Assembly (NCBI GenBank): GCA_963819655.1
Contig: CAWFXA010000002.1
Span: forward strand, 160,001 to 224,000
DNA from: an uncultured Chloroflexia bacterium
GTDB taxonomy: Bacteria > Chloroflexota > Limnocylindria > Limnocylindrales > CSP1-4
Reading direction: 5' to 3'
DNA length: 64,000 nt
A model generated the notes under the pieces. The model did no database searches and was not told where the DNA came from. It saw only the letters and a list, made by a program, of their open reading frames with translations. Positions 40,733-51,329 of the stretch are shown piece after piece. How positions within the stretch are numbered: the stretch's first letter is position 1; every line of letters begins with the position of its first letter. Made by a program: the position numbers and the translations under genes.

Positions 40733-41023
40733 CACTCTTCGGTTGTCGGGAGATGATGCCCGTCCCCCTAGCGCTCCGCAAGGGGGACGGGATCAGCTGG
40801 GACTCGTCGGTCGGCTCAGCGCGACTTGTCCGATCGCTTCGGCTTGGGCACTGATGAACCCGACTTCGGATCGAGAGCCGACAGAGCATTGCTCGGCTGG
40901 CTGGCGGACGCTGCGCCGCGTCGGCGATCTGCCCCTAGCCAGTCGACGGTGGTCTGGACCGCAGTGGATGAATGGCCCGCAGCGGGCCGGCGCGTGACGC
41001 GCGCCCAACGCATGTCGGCCATC

Positions 41024-41770
41024 TCAGTTCAGCACGAACCAGGCGACGTACGTAGCCGACGTCACCGTGGTGTTGAGGTAGATGGTGAACGAACCCGTTG
41101 TCGGAACCACCGCCCGGACGTAGCGGCCGGAGCGGTTCGAGTGGAGGACAGCGAACACGCGGCTGTTCCCCGAAACACCCGCGAGGTTGATCTTGAGGCT
41201 CGACCTGCCGGACCCGATTGTCGATTTCCCGGACCGGCTGAACTGGACCTTGCCGGTCACCTGCAGGGCGACATCCGCCCCCGTGGCGGCGATCGCCTGG
41301 ACTGCGATCCCACCGCTGCCGCCGGTGCCCCGGACGCCGATGAATCCGTCGCCCCAACTACCGATGACCCCAGACCCGTACACGCCGACGTCTTCGCTGT
41401 CCCCCCAGACGCCGGTGCCGAACGCCTCGTCTGATCCCGCGGTCGGGGACCACCCGTAGACCCCGGTGAAGGCCGTGAACTCCGTTCCGATCGCCGCCTC
41501 GTCGCCGTTCGAGCCCAGCAGGCCGGCGGCGTCGGAATTGGCGCTGTACGCCTTGAACGACACTTGCGGGTCGTTGACCGGGTCGCCGGACGTCGTGCTG
41601 ATCGACGTCGTCGTGGTGCCAGTATGCGCAGCTCCAACCAGGACCGGATCGTCGTCGGCGGCGGCGGCGGCGAGGGGCATAGCAGCGGACGCCGCCATGG
41701 CTGCGGCGCCGCCCGCGGCGGCTGTCAGCAGTGCGCGGCGGGAGCGGGGCGCGTTGGGGTCGGACGCCAT
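41024..41770 (-). CDS. Hypothetical Tat-exported protein with Gly-rich GVxG repeats
   Basis: SRRALL plus Ala-rich signal; repeats GVYG, GVWG, GVYG, GVRG. Confidence 0.75.
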   Translation of the reverse strand: MASDPNAPRSRRALLTAAAGGAAAMAASAAMPLAAAAADDDPVLVGAAHTGTTTTSISTTSGDPVNDPQVSFKAYSANSDAAGLLGSNGDEAAIGTEFTAFTGVYGWSPTAGSDEAFGTGVWGDSEDVGVYGSGVIGSWGDGFIGVRGTGGSGGIAVQAIAATGADVALQVTGKVQFSRSGKSTIGSGRSSLKINLAGVSGNSRVFAVLHSNRSGRYVRAVVPTTGSFTIYLNTTVTSATYVAWFVLN

Positions 41771-41872
41771 TCAGGGTCCCTCCAGCTCGATGGCGAAGGT
41801 TTCCCCCCCGCCTGACGGCATAGTGCCACGCGCCCGATGCGACGGTCGAGTTAAAACTCGGAGGCGATGGTC

Positions 41873-42310
41873 CTAGCGCCGCAGGCCCCGAAGGTGCTCC
41901 TCGTCGTGGTCGACCGCGTTGCGGAGCAGGCCCGCGACGTCCAACGCACCGAACGTCGTGTGCTCCCCCGAGCGGGTCCAACCGACCTCGTCGAGTGCGT
42001 CGATCGTGGCGAGCGTCGCAGCCCGGTGCGCTGTGAATCGCGCGAGGACCCCGTCGAATCCCAGCTCCGGCTCCTCCGCCCAGGGACCGGGCTCGGCCCA
42101 GCCCCAGCGGGGTTCGGCGACCGTGGCGAGGTCCCGGAGCCGCGCCTGGTGCACGCCAATCTCCACGGCGATGAGGTGTCGGACCACCTGCTCCGGTGTC
42201 CATTCCCCGTCCGGGGTGGGTCGGTCGGCGACTGACCGCGCCGCGACGTCGAGGCGTTCCGGGAAGCCGGCGAGGGCGGCCATCAGGGCCCGAGTCGACG
42301 CCTCCGTCAT
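41873..42310 (-). CDS. DinB/YfiT-like protein
   Basis: GEWTPEQVVRHL ... HDEEHL metal-binding His pattern; ATGA overlap with the MTHFR stop. Confidence 0.8.
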   Translation of the reverse strand: MTEASTRALMAALAGFPERLDVAARSVADRPTPDGEWTPEQVVRHLIAVEIGVHQARLRDLATVAEPRWGWAEPGPWAEEPELGFDGVLARFTAHRAATLATIDALDEVGWTRSGEHTTFGALDVAGLLRNAVDHDEEHLRGLRR

Positions 42311-43179
42311 CCGCCGGCGTCCAGCGTCTGGAGCTTCGCGCGCCGCCACGTCTCGGTGACCTCGACGGCGTTGAACAGGTAGAGGTGGAACCCCGAGATG
42401 TTGGCGGATGGGTCGACGATGCTCGGGGCGATCCCCTCGAGGAGTGCGTCCGGACGGTAGAAGCCGCCGGACCGGACGAGCCGTGCCACGAACCGGACGT
42501 TCTTGGCCAGGAACCGGTGGGTGTCGGCCACGCCGATCCGTGCCGCCAGCGCCAGCAGCTTCTGCGGTTCGGCCACGCCAGGCACGCCGACGTGGACGGG
42601 CAGCGTCAGGCCTTCGGCGCGACGAGCGCCGATCCAGGTCGAGATGGCTACCGGGTCGAAGCAGAGCTGCGTCGTCATGTACTGGGCGAACTCCGCCTTG
42701 GCGCGTAGCGCATCGAGCAATGGGCCGTCCGGGATGAACGCGTGGCCCTGCGGATAGGCCGGGATGCCGACGTGGCGGAACGGATGGCCGATCTCCGCCA
42801 ATCCGCGCAGTAGCGCCAGACCGTCCACGTACGCACCCGGCTCCTTCTCGTCGCCACCGACCACGAACGCGCGGTCGATGCCGGCATCGTCGAGGGCCCC
42901 GACCAGGTCGACCAGGTGCTCCCGATCGCGCACCATCCGCGCCGACAGATGAGGTGTGACGGTGAACCCGGCGAGCTCCAGCCGGCTGGCCAGGTCCACC
43001 GTCGCCTCGAGACCCTTCGTCGGAGATGCCGTCACCGACACCGTCGATCCGGGTGGCAGGTGCGCCGCCTGGTCCATCGCACTCTTGAGCGGGATCAGCT
43101 CGAAGGTCGGCGAGCGCAGGAGGTCGGCGAGCGCCGTCCGCGAGGCGGCCGTCAGCTGGGCGTGGCGGCGGAAAAGCAC
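42307..43179 (-). CDS. Methylenetetrahydrofolate reductase-like protein
   Basis: TPHLSAR, VVGGD, AYPQGH, TTQLCFD, HLYLFN. Confidence 0.85.
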   Translation of the reverse strand: MLFRRHAQLTAASRTALADLLRSPTFELIPLKSAMDQAAHLPPGSTVSVTASPTKGLEATVDLASRLELAGFTVTPHLSARMVRDREHLVDLVGALDDAGIDRAFVVGGDEKEPGAYVDGLALLRGLAEIGHPFRHVGIPAYPQGHAFIPDGPLLDALRAKAEFAQYMTTQLCFDPVAISTWIGARRAEGLTLPVHVGVPGVAEPQKLLALAARIGVADTHRFLAKNVRFVARLVRSGGFYRPDALLEGIAPSIVDPSANISGFHLYLFNAVEVTETWRRAKLQTLDAGG

Positions 43180-43182
43180 GCC

Positions 43183-44725
43183 TCAGACTTCCGAGTCGGG
43201 CATCGACGCCTTGCGGCGGATCATGAATTCGAGAAGGGCCTGGTCGGTGGCCTGGTCGAGCGGCGGCGCTTCGTACTCGGCAAGCATCCGCTTCCAGATC
43301 GCATTCGCCCGCTGCGGGGCGTCGAGTCCGCCGTCCTCGCTCCACTGCTCGAACGAGTTGTTGTCCGCGACTTCGGAGCGATAGAACGCCGTCTCGAAGT
43401 TGGCCAGCGTGTGGGCGGTGCCCAGGAAGTGCTGGCCGGGCTCGTTGGCGCGGATCGCGTCGAGTGCCTGGCCGTTCTCGGACATGTCGACACCCTTCAC
43501 GAACACGGCCATCATCCCGCACTGGTCGGCGTCCATGATGAGCTTCTCGTAGCTCACAGCGAGGCCGCCCTCGAGCCAGCCGGCCGCATGCAGCACGAAG
43601 TTGACGCCGCCGAGGACCGTCGGCTGCAGCGTCGCGGCACTCTCGTAGGCGGCCTGGGCGTCGGGGATCTTGGAGGCGCACAGCGACCCTCCCGAGCGGA
43701 ACGGCACGCCCAGCCTGCGGGCGAGCGACGCCATGACGTAGAGGACCAGCGCTGGCTCCGGCGTGCCGAACGTCGGCGCGCCCGACTGCATCGACATCGA
43801 GCTCGCGAAGCTGCCGAGCACGACCGGTGCGCCGGGGCGCACGAGTTGCACGAACGTCATCCCGGCCAGCGCTTCGGCGAGGGTCTGGGCGGCAACGCCC
43901 GCCGCCGTCACCGGGGCCATCGCCCCGGCCAGGATGAACGGCGTCAGCAAAGTCGCCTGGTTCGCCTCGGCGTAGGCGCGGGCGGCACCCAGCATCGTCG
44001 CGTCCCACACCAGCGGCGAGTTGGCGTTGATCAGGCTGAGGACGACCGGATGGTCTTCGAGGTAGTCCGCACCGAACAGGATCCGTGCCATCTCGACGGT
44101 GTCGCGCGCCCGTTCCGGCGCCGTGACCGAGCCCATGAACGGCTTGTCCGAGAAGCGCATGTGCGCATAGACCATGTCGAGGTGGCGCTTGTTGACTGGC
44201 ACGTCGACCGGCTCGCACACGGTCCCGCCGCTGTGGTGGAGGTGCGGTGAGAGATACGTCAGCTTCACGAGGTTGCGGAAGTCCTCGATCGTGCCGTAGC
44301 GCCGGCCCCTGTCGAGGTCGCGCACGAACGGCGATCCGTAGTTCGGCGCGAAGACCGTGTGCATGCCGCCGATCTCGACGTTGTTCGCGTCGTTCCGCGC
44401 GTATTGCGTGAACTGGCGCGGCGCACTGGCCTGGACGATCTGGCGGCACATCCCTCGCGGGAAGCGGACGCGCTCGCCCTCGACGTCGGCACCGGCCTCG
44501 CGCAACAGCCGGAGCGCTTCCTGATCGCCGCGGAACTCGATGCCGACCTCCTCGAGGATCGTGTCGGCGTTGTGCTCGAGGAGCGACAACCCTTCCTCGT
44601 TCAGGACCTCGAATGGGGCCAGGGTCCTGCGTCAGGAATGGCATGCGCTCGACCTGATGGCTCAGGCGCGCTGCGCGCCGGCCCTCGCGACCCCCGCTCC
44701 GCCTGGTCGGGGCGTTGTCTGTCAT
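43183..44725 (-). CDS. MttB-superfamily (non-pyrrolysine, MtgB-like) quaternary-amine:corrinoid methyltransferase; frameshift near 44630
   Basis: GGTVCEPVD, NANSPL, GAMAPVT, GAPTFGTPE, HAAGWLEGG, HFLGTAHT; no in-frame TAG. Confidence 0.9.
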
Positions 44726-46792
44726 CGGTCCGGGCCCGGTGCGGTTCGCACGACGGGGCGGCGTCGGCGCCGCGCGTCGGCGGGCCGATCGGTGACGCGA
44801 TCGGCGGTCAACGGACGCGGCGGTAGGGTGACGACACGCTCGAGGTGCGGATTCGGGGCCGTGCGGTGCGGGATGGCCATGGCTTCGACGAAATGCTCCT
44901 GGAAGCGTGGCTCGACCGCCGTCTCGATCTTCTCGACGCGCCGCACGACACCCTCGATCTCGCGCCGCGCCGCACCCGACAGCAGGGCGATCAACGCGCC
45001 GGTCCCGGCGGCGTTGCCGGCCGCCCGCACATGATCCAGGTCGCAATCCGGGACGAGCCCCAGCACCATCGCGTGCAGCGGATCGATCTGGCTCCCAAAG
45101 GCGCCCGCCAGCCTGACCTCGTCGACGGTGTCCCGCCCGAGGTGATCCATGAGCAGCCGGACCCCGGCGTACAACGCGGCCTTTGCCAGCTGGATCGCCC
45201 GGACATCGTTCTGGGTCACCACGATGCGCGGCCCGCCGTCGGTCGGCTCGTGGAGGACGTAGCTGAAGGTGCGTCCGTCGGGCACGACGCGCGGTGTCCG
45301 CGCCGCGAGCGCACCGTCGATCACGCCGTCCGCGGTGATGACGCCGGCGAGGTACAGCTCGGCGACGACCTCGATGATCCCGGAGCCGCAGATGCCGGTG
45401 ACCCCCGTCCCGGCCGCGCTGACCGCCTCGGCGAAGCCCGGCGCGTCCGACCAGGCATCGACGCCGATGATCCGAAACCGCGGCTCCAGCGTGTCCCTGT
45501 CGATGCGGACCCGCTCGATGGCGCCCGGCGCGGCGCGCTGGCCGGAGCTGATCTGCGCGCCTTCGAACGCAGGGCCCGTCGGGCTGCTGGCGGCCAGCAG
45601 CCGGTGCCGGTCGCCCAGCACGATCTCCGCGTTCGTGCCGACATCGACGACGAGCGTCATCACGTCGGCCTTGTGCGGTTCCTCGGCGAGGATGACCCCG
45701 GCCGTGTCGGCGCCGACGTGCCCGGCGATGCACGGCAATACGTAGACCCGCGCGCCGGGATGCGCGAACACGCCGAGCTCCGCGGCCGTCGTCGAGACGG
45801 CGGTATCCGTGGCCAGCGCGAAGGGCGCCGAGCCGAGCGGGGTGGGGTCGATGCCGAGCAGCAGGTGATGCATGATCGGGTTCCCGACGATCGCGAGCTC
45901 GAGGATCTCGACGCGCTTGATATCGGCCTTGTTGGCGAGCGCAGCGAGCAATCCATCGAGCGCCTTGCGGACCGCGGCCGTCAGCTCGGCGTCGCCACCC
46001 TCGTGCATCATCACGTACGAGACGCGACTCATGAGGTCCTCACCGAACCGGATCTGCGGGTTCATCGCGCCGGCGCTGGCAAGGATGTCGCCGCTCACGA
46101 GGTTCACGAGGTGCCCGGCGATCGTTGTGGACCCGACGTCGATCGCCACGCCAAACGCCCGATCGTGGAAGCCCGGCCACACGGCGATGACGTCGCGACC
46201 GCCGTGGACCGCGACCGTCACCCTGTAGCCGCCCTCCGTGAGCGCGGCCTGCAACCCGCGAACCACCGACAGGTCGGCGCGCAGGTCGGTCAACTCCCAC
46301 TCCGCCTCGAGCGCCGCGAACAGGCGGCCGAGATCGCCGGTCGGCGTCGCCAGATCGGGCGGGGTGACATCGACCGTGTGGAGCCGCACCACGGGATCCA
46401 TCTCGAAGGCGCGCGCACCGAGGTCCTTGCGCACCACCTGCTTGTGGACCTGGCTCTCGGGCGGCACATCGATGACGGCGTCGCCGAGCAAGACGGCCGT
46501 ACACGACAGCCGCCGGTCCGCGGCCAGGCCCTGCTCATCGCGATAGGCCGACTCGAGCTGGCCTGGCGCGGCGAGGTGATCCGGGGCGGACGTGATGCCG
46601 TGCTTCGCGAATGTCCCGAACGCCGGTGTGACCGTGCATCGACCACAGATCCCGCGGCTGCCGCAGACGGCATCGATGTCGACCCCCAGGGACCGCGCAG
46701 CATCGAGCACGGTCGTTCCCGGCCGGCACGCGACCGCGCCGGCCCGACGGCGTGAAGATGACCTGCGGATCTGCTGCGGCGCCGGGGGCCAT
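44722..46792 (-). CDS. ASKHA/DUF4445 corrinoid reactivation ATPase (RACo/RamA-like) with N-terminal 2Fe-2S domain; frameshift near 46718
   Basis: CGSRGICGRC..RLSC, IDVGSTT, VDVGTNAE, GPAFEG, GICGSG, AGAFGS. Confidence 0.9.
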
Positions 46793-46803
46793 GGGCCCGC
46801 CGT

Positions 46804-47782
46804 TCAGCGAGGGGCCGGGACGTCGAGCCCCGGGACGTCGACGCCCGGCACGTCGGCCGAGACGGCCGGGCCGGTGCCCTGCGAGCGCCGCGCCGCGACG
46901 ACGGTTGACGCGGCGACCTCCCGACTCACCTTCAGGCGGGGCAACGCGGAACTGCCGGATCCAGCGCGTGGCGTCCTGGTCGTTGCCCATGAGCACGTCG
47001 CTTGCCATGACCGCGTGACGGACGCCTTCAGCGATCGGATTGGTGATCGCCGAGGTCAGGCCCGAGGCGATGGCCATGCTGAGGAAAGCCCCGTTGATGC
47101 CCTCGCGGTTCGGCAGGCCGAAGCTGACGTTCGAGGCGCCGCAGGTCGAGTTGACCTTCAGCTCGTCGCGCAATCTGCCGAGGATGTGGAAGACCTGGCG
47201 GCCGGCACCGGCGAGGGCGCCGATGGGCATCAGCAGCGGGTCGACGACGATGTCCTCGCGCGGGATGCCGTGGTCGGCGGCGCGCTCGACGATCCGCTTG
47301 GCCACACTGAACCGGACGTCCGGATCCATGCTGATGCCGGTCTCGTCGTTGCTGATCGCGACGACTGCGCAGCCGTACTTCTTCACGAGCGGCAGGACGC
47401 GCTCGAGGCGTTCGTCCTCGCCGGTGACGCTGTTGAGCAGGGCCTTGCCCTGGTAGACGGCGAGGCCCGCCTCGAGGGCCTCGACGATCGACGAATCGAT
47501 CGACAGCGGGAGGTCGGTCAGTGACTGGACGAGCTTGATCGTGTCAGCCAGGATCGCCGGCTCGTCCGCCAGCGGGATGCCCGCATTGACGTCGAGCATG
47601 TGTGCGCCGGCCTCGACCTGGGCGATCGTGTCCCGCTCGACGCGTGAGAAGTCGCCGGCCTTCATCTCCTCCATGAGGACCTTGCGACCGGTCGGGTTGA
47701 TGCGCTCGCCGATGATCACGAACGGCTGGTCGTCGCCGATGACGACGGTGCGGGTCGCGGAGCTGACGACGGTGCGGGTCAT
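46804..47782 (-). CDS. Pterin-binding methylcorrinoid:tetrahydrofolate methyltransferase (MtqA/MtgD-like); C-terminal frameshift
   Basis: IIGERINPTG, LDVNAG, LSIDSS, LLNSV, GASNVSFGLPNR. The natural stop is probably the TGA at 46804-46806. Confidence 0.88.
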
Positions 47783-48117
47783 GCGTCGGGCTTGCCCTGG
47801 GTCTCGTCGTGGGCGGGCGGCAACGGCTCCGAGCCGTCCACGCCGCCGGACTGGATGAGCATCGCCAGGCGGTGCTTGTCGTAGTCGGCCTCGAGCCGCT
47901 CGGCCTCGGCCGCGACCTCCTGGTCGATGTCGTCGCCGCAGCGCCGCTGTGTCCGGCGCCACTCCTCGATGTAGTCGTTGTAGGCGCGCTTGCCGGCCCG
48001 GCTGGCGGCCTTGTCGATGGCGACCTGGAACCGTGGATGGAGGACGATCTTGCTCTGCCGGCGGCCCTCCCGCGCGGTGACCTGTGCGGGGATGTCTCGC
48101 CACCAGATGACAGTCAT
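47779..48117 (-). CDS. 'Virulence factor' family small protein
   Basis: IWWRDIPAQV ... RFQVAIDKAA ... YIEEWRR. Confidence 0.8.
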   Translation of the reverse strand: MTVIWWRDIPAQVTAREGRRQSKIVLHPRFQVAIDKAASRAGKRAYNDYIEEWRRTQRRCGDDIDQEVAAEAERLEADYDKHRLAMLIQSGGVDGSEPLPPAHDETQGKPDA

Positions 48118-48130
48118 GGTCCCCAACGTC

Positions 48131-48772
48131 TCAGCGCCCTGCCAGCTCGATGACCGACGCCACGGCAGGTGCCGGCCGACCTGCAGCCACGGCCGCGATC
48201 GTCGTTCCGAGCTGGCCGTAGCCGGTCCGCCGCTGCTCGTATTCGAGGCCGAGCCGCCGGGCGGCGCGGCGCGCGGCGGTCGCCAGCGCCGGGTCGTCGG
48301 TCTGCGCGAGGTAGACGAGACGGCGGTAGTTGCCGAAGTACTCATCGCGCAGCTCCGGATGTCGATCCAGGCCAAGGCCCTTGATCACGAGCCGGTCGAA
48401 GTTGCGCGCCAGGAAGTCGGTGAGGAAGAACGTGGCAGGCTCGTCCTCCACGATCCGGGCGAATTCAGGGCTCGTCGCGTAGAACTCGTAGCAATGGGCG
48501 CCGGCCAGGCGCTCGACACCCTCCTCCGCGATGACCGGGTCGAGCAGGCCGCCGGTGCCGCAGTCGGCGTACGCGACGAACACGCGGTCATACCCGGCGC
48601 GACGCCGGCGGATGCGCTCGCGGACGGCCGCCGGGATGCCGCCGGGCCGGTTATGGAGGGTGGCCGGCAGGCAGGTGATGTCGACGTTCGGGAGGTCGCG
48701 CGTCAGTGCGACGAGCTCGTTGGCGAGCGCCCCGCAGCCGACCACGAGGACCCGCGGCGGCGTGGCGGTCAG
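48131..48772 (-). CDS. DUF1638 domain protein (start uncertain)
   Basis: GCGALA, LPATLHNRP, YADCGTGG, HCYEFY, FFLTDFL, YFGNY. Confidence 0.85.
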   Translation of the reverse strand: MTATPPRVLVVGCGALANELVALTRDLPNVDITCLPATLHNRPGGIPAAVRERIRRRRAGYDRVFVAYADCGTGGLLDPVIAEEGVERLAGAHCYEFYATSPEFARIVEDEPATFFLTDFLARNFDRLVIKGLGLDRHPELRDEYFGNYRRLVYLAQTDDPALATAARRAARRLGLEYEQRRTGYGQLGTTIAAVAAGRPAPAVASVIELAGR

Positions 48773-49482
48773 GCCGGGACGCTGGCACGTGAACGCGCAC
48801 GTCGCTCGTCGATGAGACGCCGCGCGGTCTCGGCGGCCACGCCGGCGTCGCGGCAATAGGCGTCGGCGCCGACCGCCATGCCGAACTCCTCGTTCAGCGG
48901 CGCGCCACCGACCAGCACGATGTAGTCGTCGCGCATGCCGCGGTCCTTGAGCGTCTGGACCACGACCTTCATGTACGGCATGGTCGTCGTCAGCAGGGCG
49001 CTCATGCCCAGGATGTCGGGCTTGTGCTGCTCGAGCGCGTTGAGGAACTTGTCGGCGTCGGTGTTGATGCCGAGATCGACGACCTCGAAGCCGGCACCCT
49101 CGAGCATCATCCCGACGAGGTTCTTGCCGATGTCGTGGATGTCGCCCTTGACGGTGCCGATCACGACCTTGCCGACGGGCTCCGCGCCCGTCTCCGCGAG
49201 CAGCGGCCGGAGGATCTCCATGCCGGCCTTCATCGCGTTGGCGGCCAGCAGTACCTCGGGCACGAACAGGATGCCGTCGCGAAAGTCGATGCCGACGATC
49301 TTCATGCCGGCGACGAGTGCGTCGTCGAGCACCTTCGTGGCCGAGAAACCGCGCTCGAGGAGGATGTTCGTCCCCTGGACGATCTCCTCTTTCATGCCGT
49401 CGTAGAGGTCGTTGTGCATCTGCTCGACCAGCTCGTCATCCGACAGGGCGGTGAGGTCGATGTCCTGATAGTCGTCGGTCAT
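48769..49482 (-). CDS. Stand-alone corrinoid (B12-binding) protein
   Basis: FVPEVLLAANAM, GDIHDIGKNLV, SALLTTTM, VGGAP. Confidence 0.93.
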   Translation of the reverse strand: MTDDYQDIDLTALSDDELVEQMHNDLYDGMKEEIVQGTNILLERGFSATKVLDDALVAGMKIVGIDFRDGILFVPEVLLAANAMKAGMEILRPLLAETGAEPVGKVVIGTVKGDIHDIGKNLVGMMLEGAGFEVVDLGINTDADKFLNALEQHKPDILGMSALLTTTMPYMKVVVQTLKDRGMRDDYIVLVGGAPLNEEFGMAVGADAYCRDAGVAAETARRLIDERRARSRASVPA

Positions 49483-49529
49483 GGGTGGAGCTCCAGGGAT
49501 CCCGCGTGGGAGAGGGACCGGCCGCGGGG

Positions 49530-49566
49530 GGTTCCACATCGTGGAACCGTGCCGTATCATGGAACC
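49530..49566. promoter_or_regulatory. Probable IclR operator (perfect palindrome plus a degenerate tandem copy)
   Basis: GGTTCCAC-ATC-GTGGAACC followed by GTGCCGTATCATGGAACC, between the divergent corrinoid operon and iclR. Confidence 0.65.
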
Positions 49567-49598
49567 CGCGACCGCGAATCTAGCCGACAAGGGGTCCC

Positions 49599-50351
49599 GT
49601 GTCCAGCGTCCAATCCATCAGACGAGCCTTCGCGGTCCTCGACGCACTCGACGAGGGTCCGCTCGGCGTGACCGACGTGGCCGATCGGGCCGCCCTGCCG
49701 AAGTCGACGGCGGCGCGCTTGCTCGCCACGCTCGTCGGCGAGGGTGCGGTCGAGCAGGTGCCCGGCGAGACGTCGTACCGGCTCGGACCGCGGCTCGTGA
49801 CGCTCGCCGGCGGCTTCAGCCTGGTCCGTTCGCTGGCGGCGGTGGGCAGGCCCATCCTGGCCGATCTCGCGTCTGCCTCCGGCGAAGCGGCAGGACTCGG
49901 TGTCCCGGATGGCGACCTGGTCCACTACATCGACCAGGTCGACACGCCCAACCCGGTCGTGGTCCGCGACTGGACGGGCGCCCGGGCACCGCTCCACGCG
50001 GTCTCGTCAGGGCAGGTGCTGCTGGCGTTCCGCACGCCGGCCGCGATCGAGCGCTACCTCGCGCAGCCGACCCTCGAGCGATTCACGCCCCGCACGCTGG
50101 CCGACGCCGACGCCGTGCGCGACCGCTTGCGCGACATCCGGCGGCGCGGCTACGCGTGGGCGATCGAGGAGTTCGATGACGGGATCGCGTCGGTCGCCGC
50201 GCCCATCGCGGACGCCTCTGGCGAGGTCATCGCGGCCGTCCACCTCCACGGGCCGTCGTACCGATTCCCACCTGCGGGGCGGGAGGCGAAGCTTTCTCAG
50301 TCGGTCGTGACCGGCGCGGCCCGGATCGCGGCGGGGCTGCGGGAGCGCTGA
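49599..50351 (+). CDS. IclR family transcriptional regulator
   Basis: VQSIRRAFAVL, LPKSTAARLL, SSGQVLLA, RGYA..EE..GIASVAAPI. Confidence 0.93.
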   Translation: MSSVQSIRRAFAVLDALDEGPLGVTDVADRAALPKSTAARLLATLVGEGAVEQVPGETSYRLGPRLVTLAGGFSLVRSLAAVGRPILADLASASGEAAGLGVPDGDLVHYIDQVDTPNPVVVRDWTGARAPLHAVSSGQVLLAFRTPAAIERYLAQPTLERFTPRTLADADAVRDRLRDIRRRGYAWAIEEFDDGIASVAAPIADASGEVIAAVHLHGPSYRFPPAGREAKLSQSVVTGAARIAAGLRER

Positions 50352-50560
50352 TCCTCGAAGCCAGGGCTGACACCCCGGCGTGCGTGTCAGTCGCGTTTTC
50401 GCGCCGAGTTGACCACCGTGGGCGCGCGGGGGATCGAAACGCGTCTCACAGTCGCGCGATCGGGCCGAAACGCCCGGCGAGGTGATCCCCCGCGAAGAAA
50501 ACGTGCGTCAGAGTCGCGTCCGGTGTGTCGCGCGCCGCTCGAGTGGCTCGGCCGCGGCCC

Positions 50561-50881
50561 TCAGTCGGGCTTGGTCGCGGTCACCGGCTCGAGGTCGATC
50601 GTCCGGACCTGCCGGGTCTTGCCGGCCTCGGTGCGCACGACGGCCGACGGGATGACACCCTTCGACAGCTTCTCGATGACGGCAATCTCCCCGGAGTACA
50701 GGCCGGTCCCGGCGATGCGGACCCGTCCCCCGACGGAAAGTCCCGTGCGGCCCTTGCCCGCAGTCAGATCGATGGTGGCGACGGTGGGCCGAACATACGG
50801 CGCGTCATCCGGCAACCCTGTGGGCGGTGGTGGTCGATTGGCGGTCTTGGGCGGCGGGTACGTGACTTTCCGTCTAGCCAT
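50561..50881 (-). CDS. Small hypothetical protein (SH3/KOW-like C-terminus)
   Basis: SD AGGAG; basic Pro-rich N-terminus followed by VGGRVRIAGTGLYSGE. Confidence 0.7.
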   Translation of the reverse strand: MARRKVTYPPPKTANRPPPPTGLPDDAPYVRPTVATIDLTAGKGRTGLSVGGRVRIAGTGLYSGEIAVIEKLSKGVIPSAVVRTEAGKTRQVRTIDLEPVTATKPD

Positions 50882-50892
50882 CTGTTCTCCTG

Positions 50893-51264
50893 CTATAGGG
50901 GGTTGACGTTGGTCGAAGTTGCGTCCGCAGCTGCCGACTTTGCGCTGCGCTTGACCTTCGCCGCGGCGTCCTCGACGTTGGCCGCGACGTCGGCGGCTTC
51001 CTCGGCCGCTGCCGCCTGCACGTCATCGAGGGTCTCGGAAGTGTCGGACGCTTGCCCGGTTACCTGCTTCTGGACCTCCGCGACCTGCTCTTCGACCTTT
51101 GATCGGACGTCGCGCGTTCGCACCTCGAACTCGTCGCCGAGTTCGCCGAGCTTACGGTCGACTCGATAGCGGTCCCGGAACTCCGAGCCCGCACGCGACA
51201 TGTACCAGGCGGCCGCTGCGGTCGCCGCGGCGACGCCGGCGATAAACCCACTGATGAAGCCCAT
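50893..51264 (-). CDS. YtxH-like protein
   Basis: N-terminal GFIAGVAA hydrophobic segment, then AGSEFR and a helical tail; SD GGAGG. Confidence 0.65.
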   Translation of the reverse strand: MGFISGFIAGVAAATAAAAWYMSRAGSEFRDRYRVDRKLGELGDEFEVRTRDVRSKVEEQVAEVQKQVTGQASDTSETLDDVQAAAAEEAADVAANVEDAAAKVKRSAKSAAADATSTNVNPL

Positions 51265-51329
51265 CGGGTCACCTCCCACTCAGCGCGCTTTGGCACGCGT
51301 CGAACGCGAGTGTAGCGCCGACCGGTCGA

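Noticed and set aside
43183-44725. Pyrrolysine-containing trimethylamine methyltransferase
   Set aside because: No in-frame TAG; the corresponding residue is Trp, and no pyl genes are in the window.
41873-45733. 1286-aa minus-strand ORF and other long Arg/Pro-rich ORFs (e.g. 34701-36839, 53251-55764, 61332-63395)
   Set aside because: Shadow frames of real genes in high-GC DNA. Within the 1286-aa ORF, only the DinB tail and the short MttB N-terminus are real.
46535-48103. THF methyltransferase fused to the reactivase N-terminus
   Set aside because: One extra G near 46880 explains it; the shifted frame ends naturally (..DVPAPR-TGA) at 46804.
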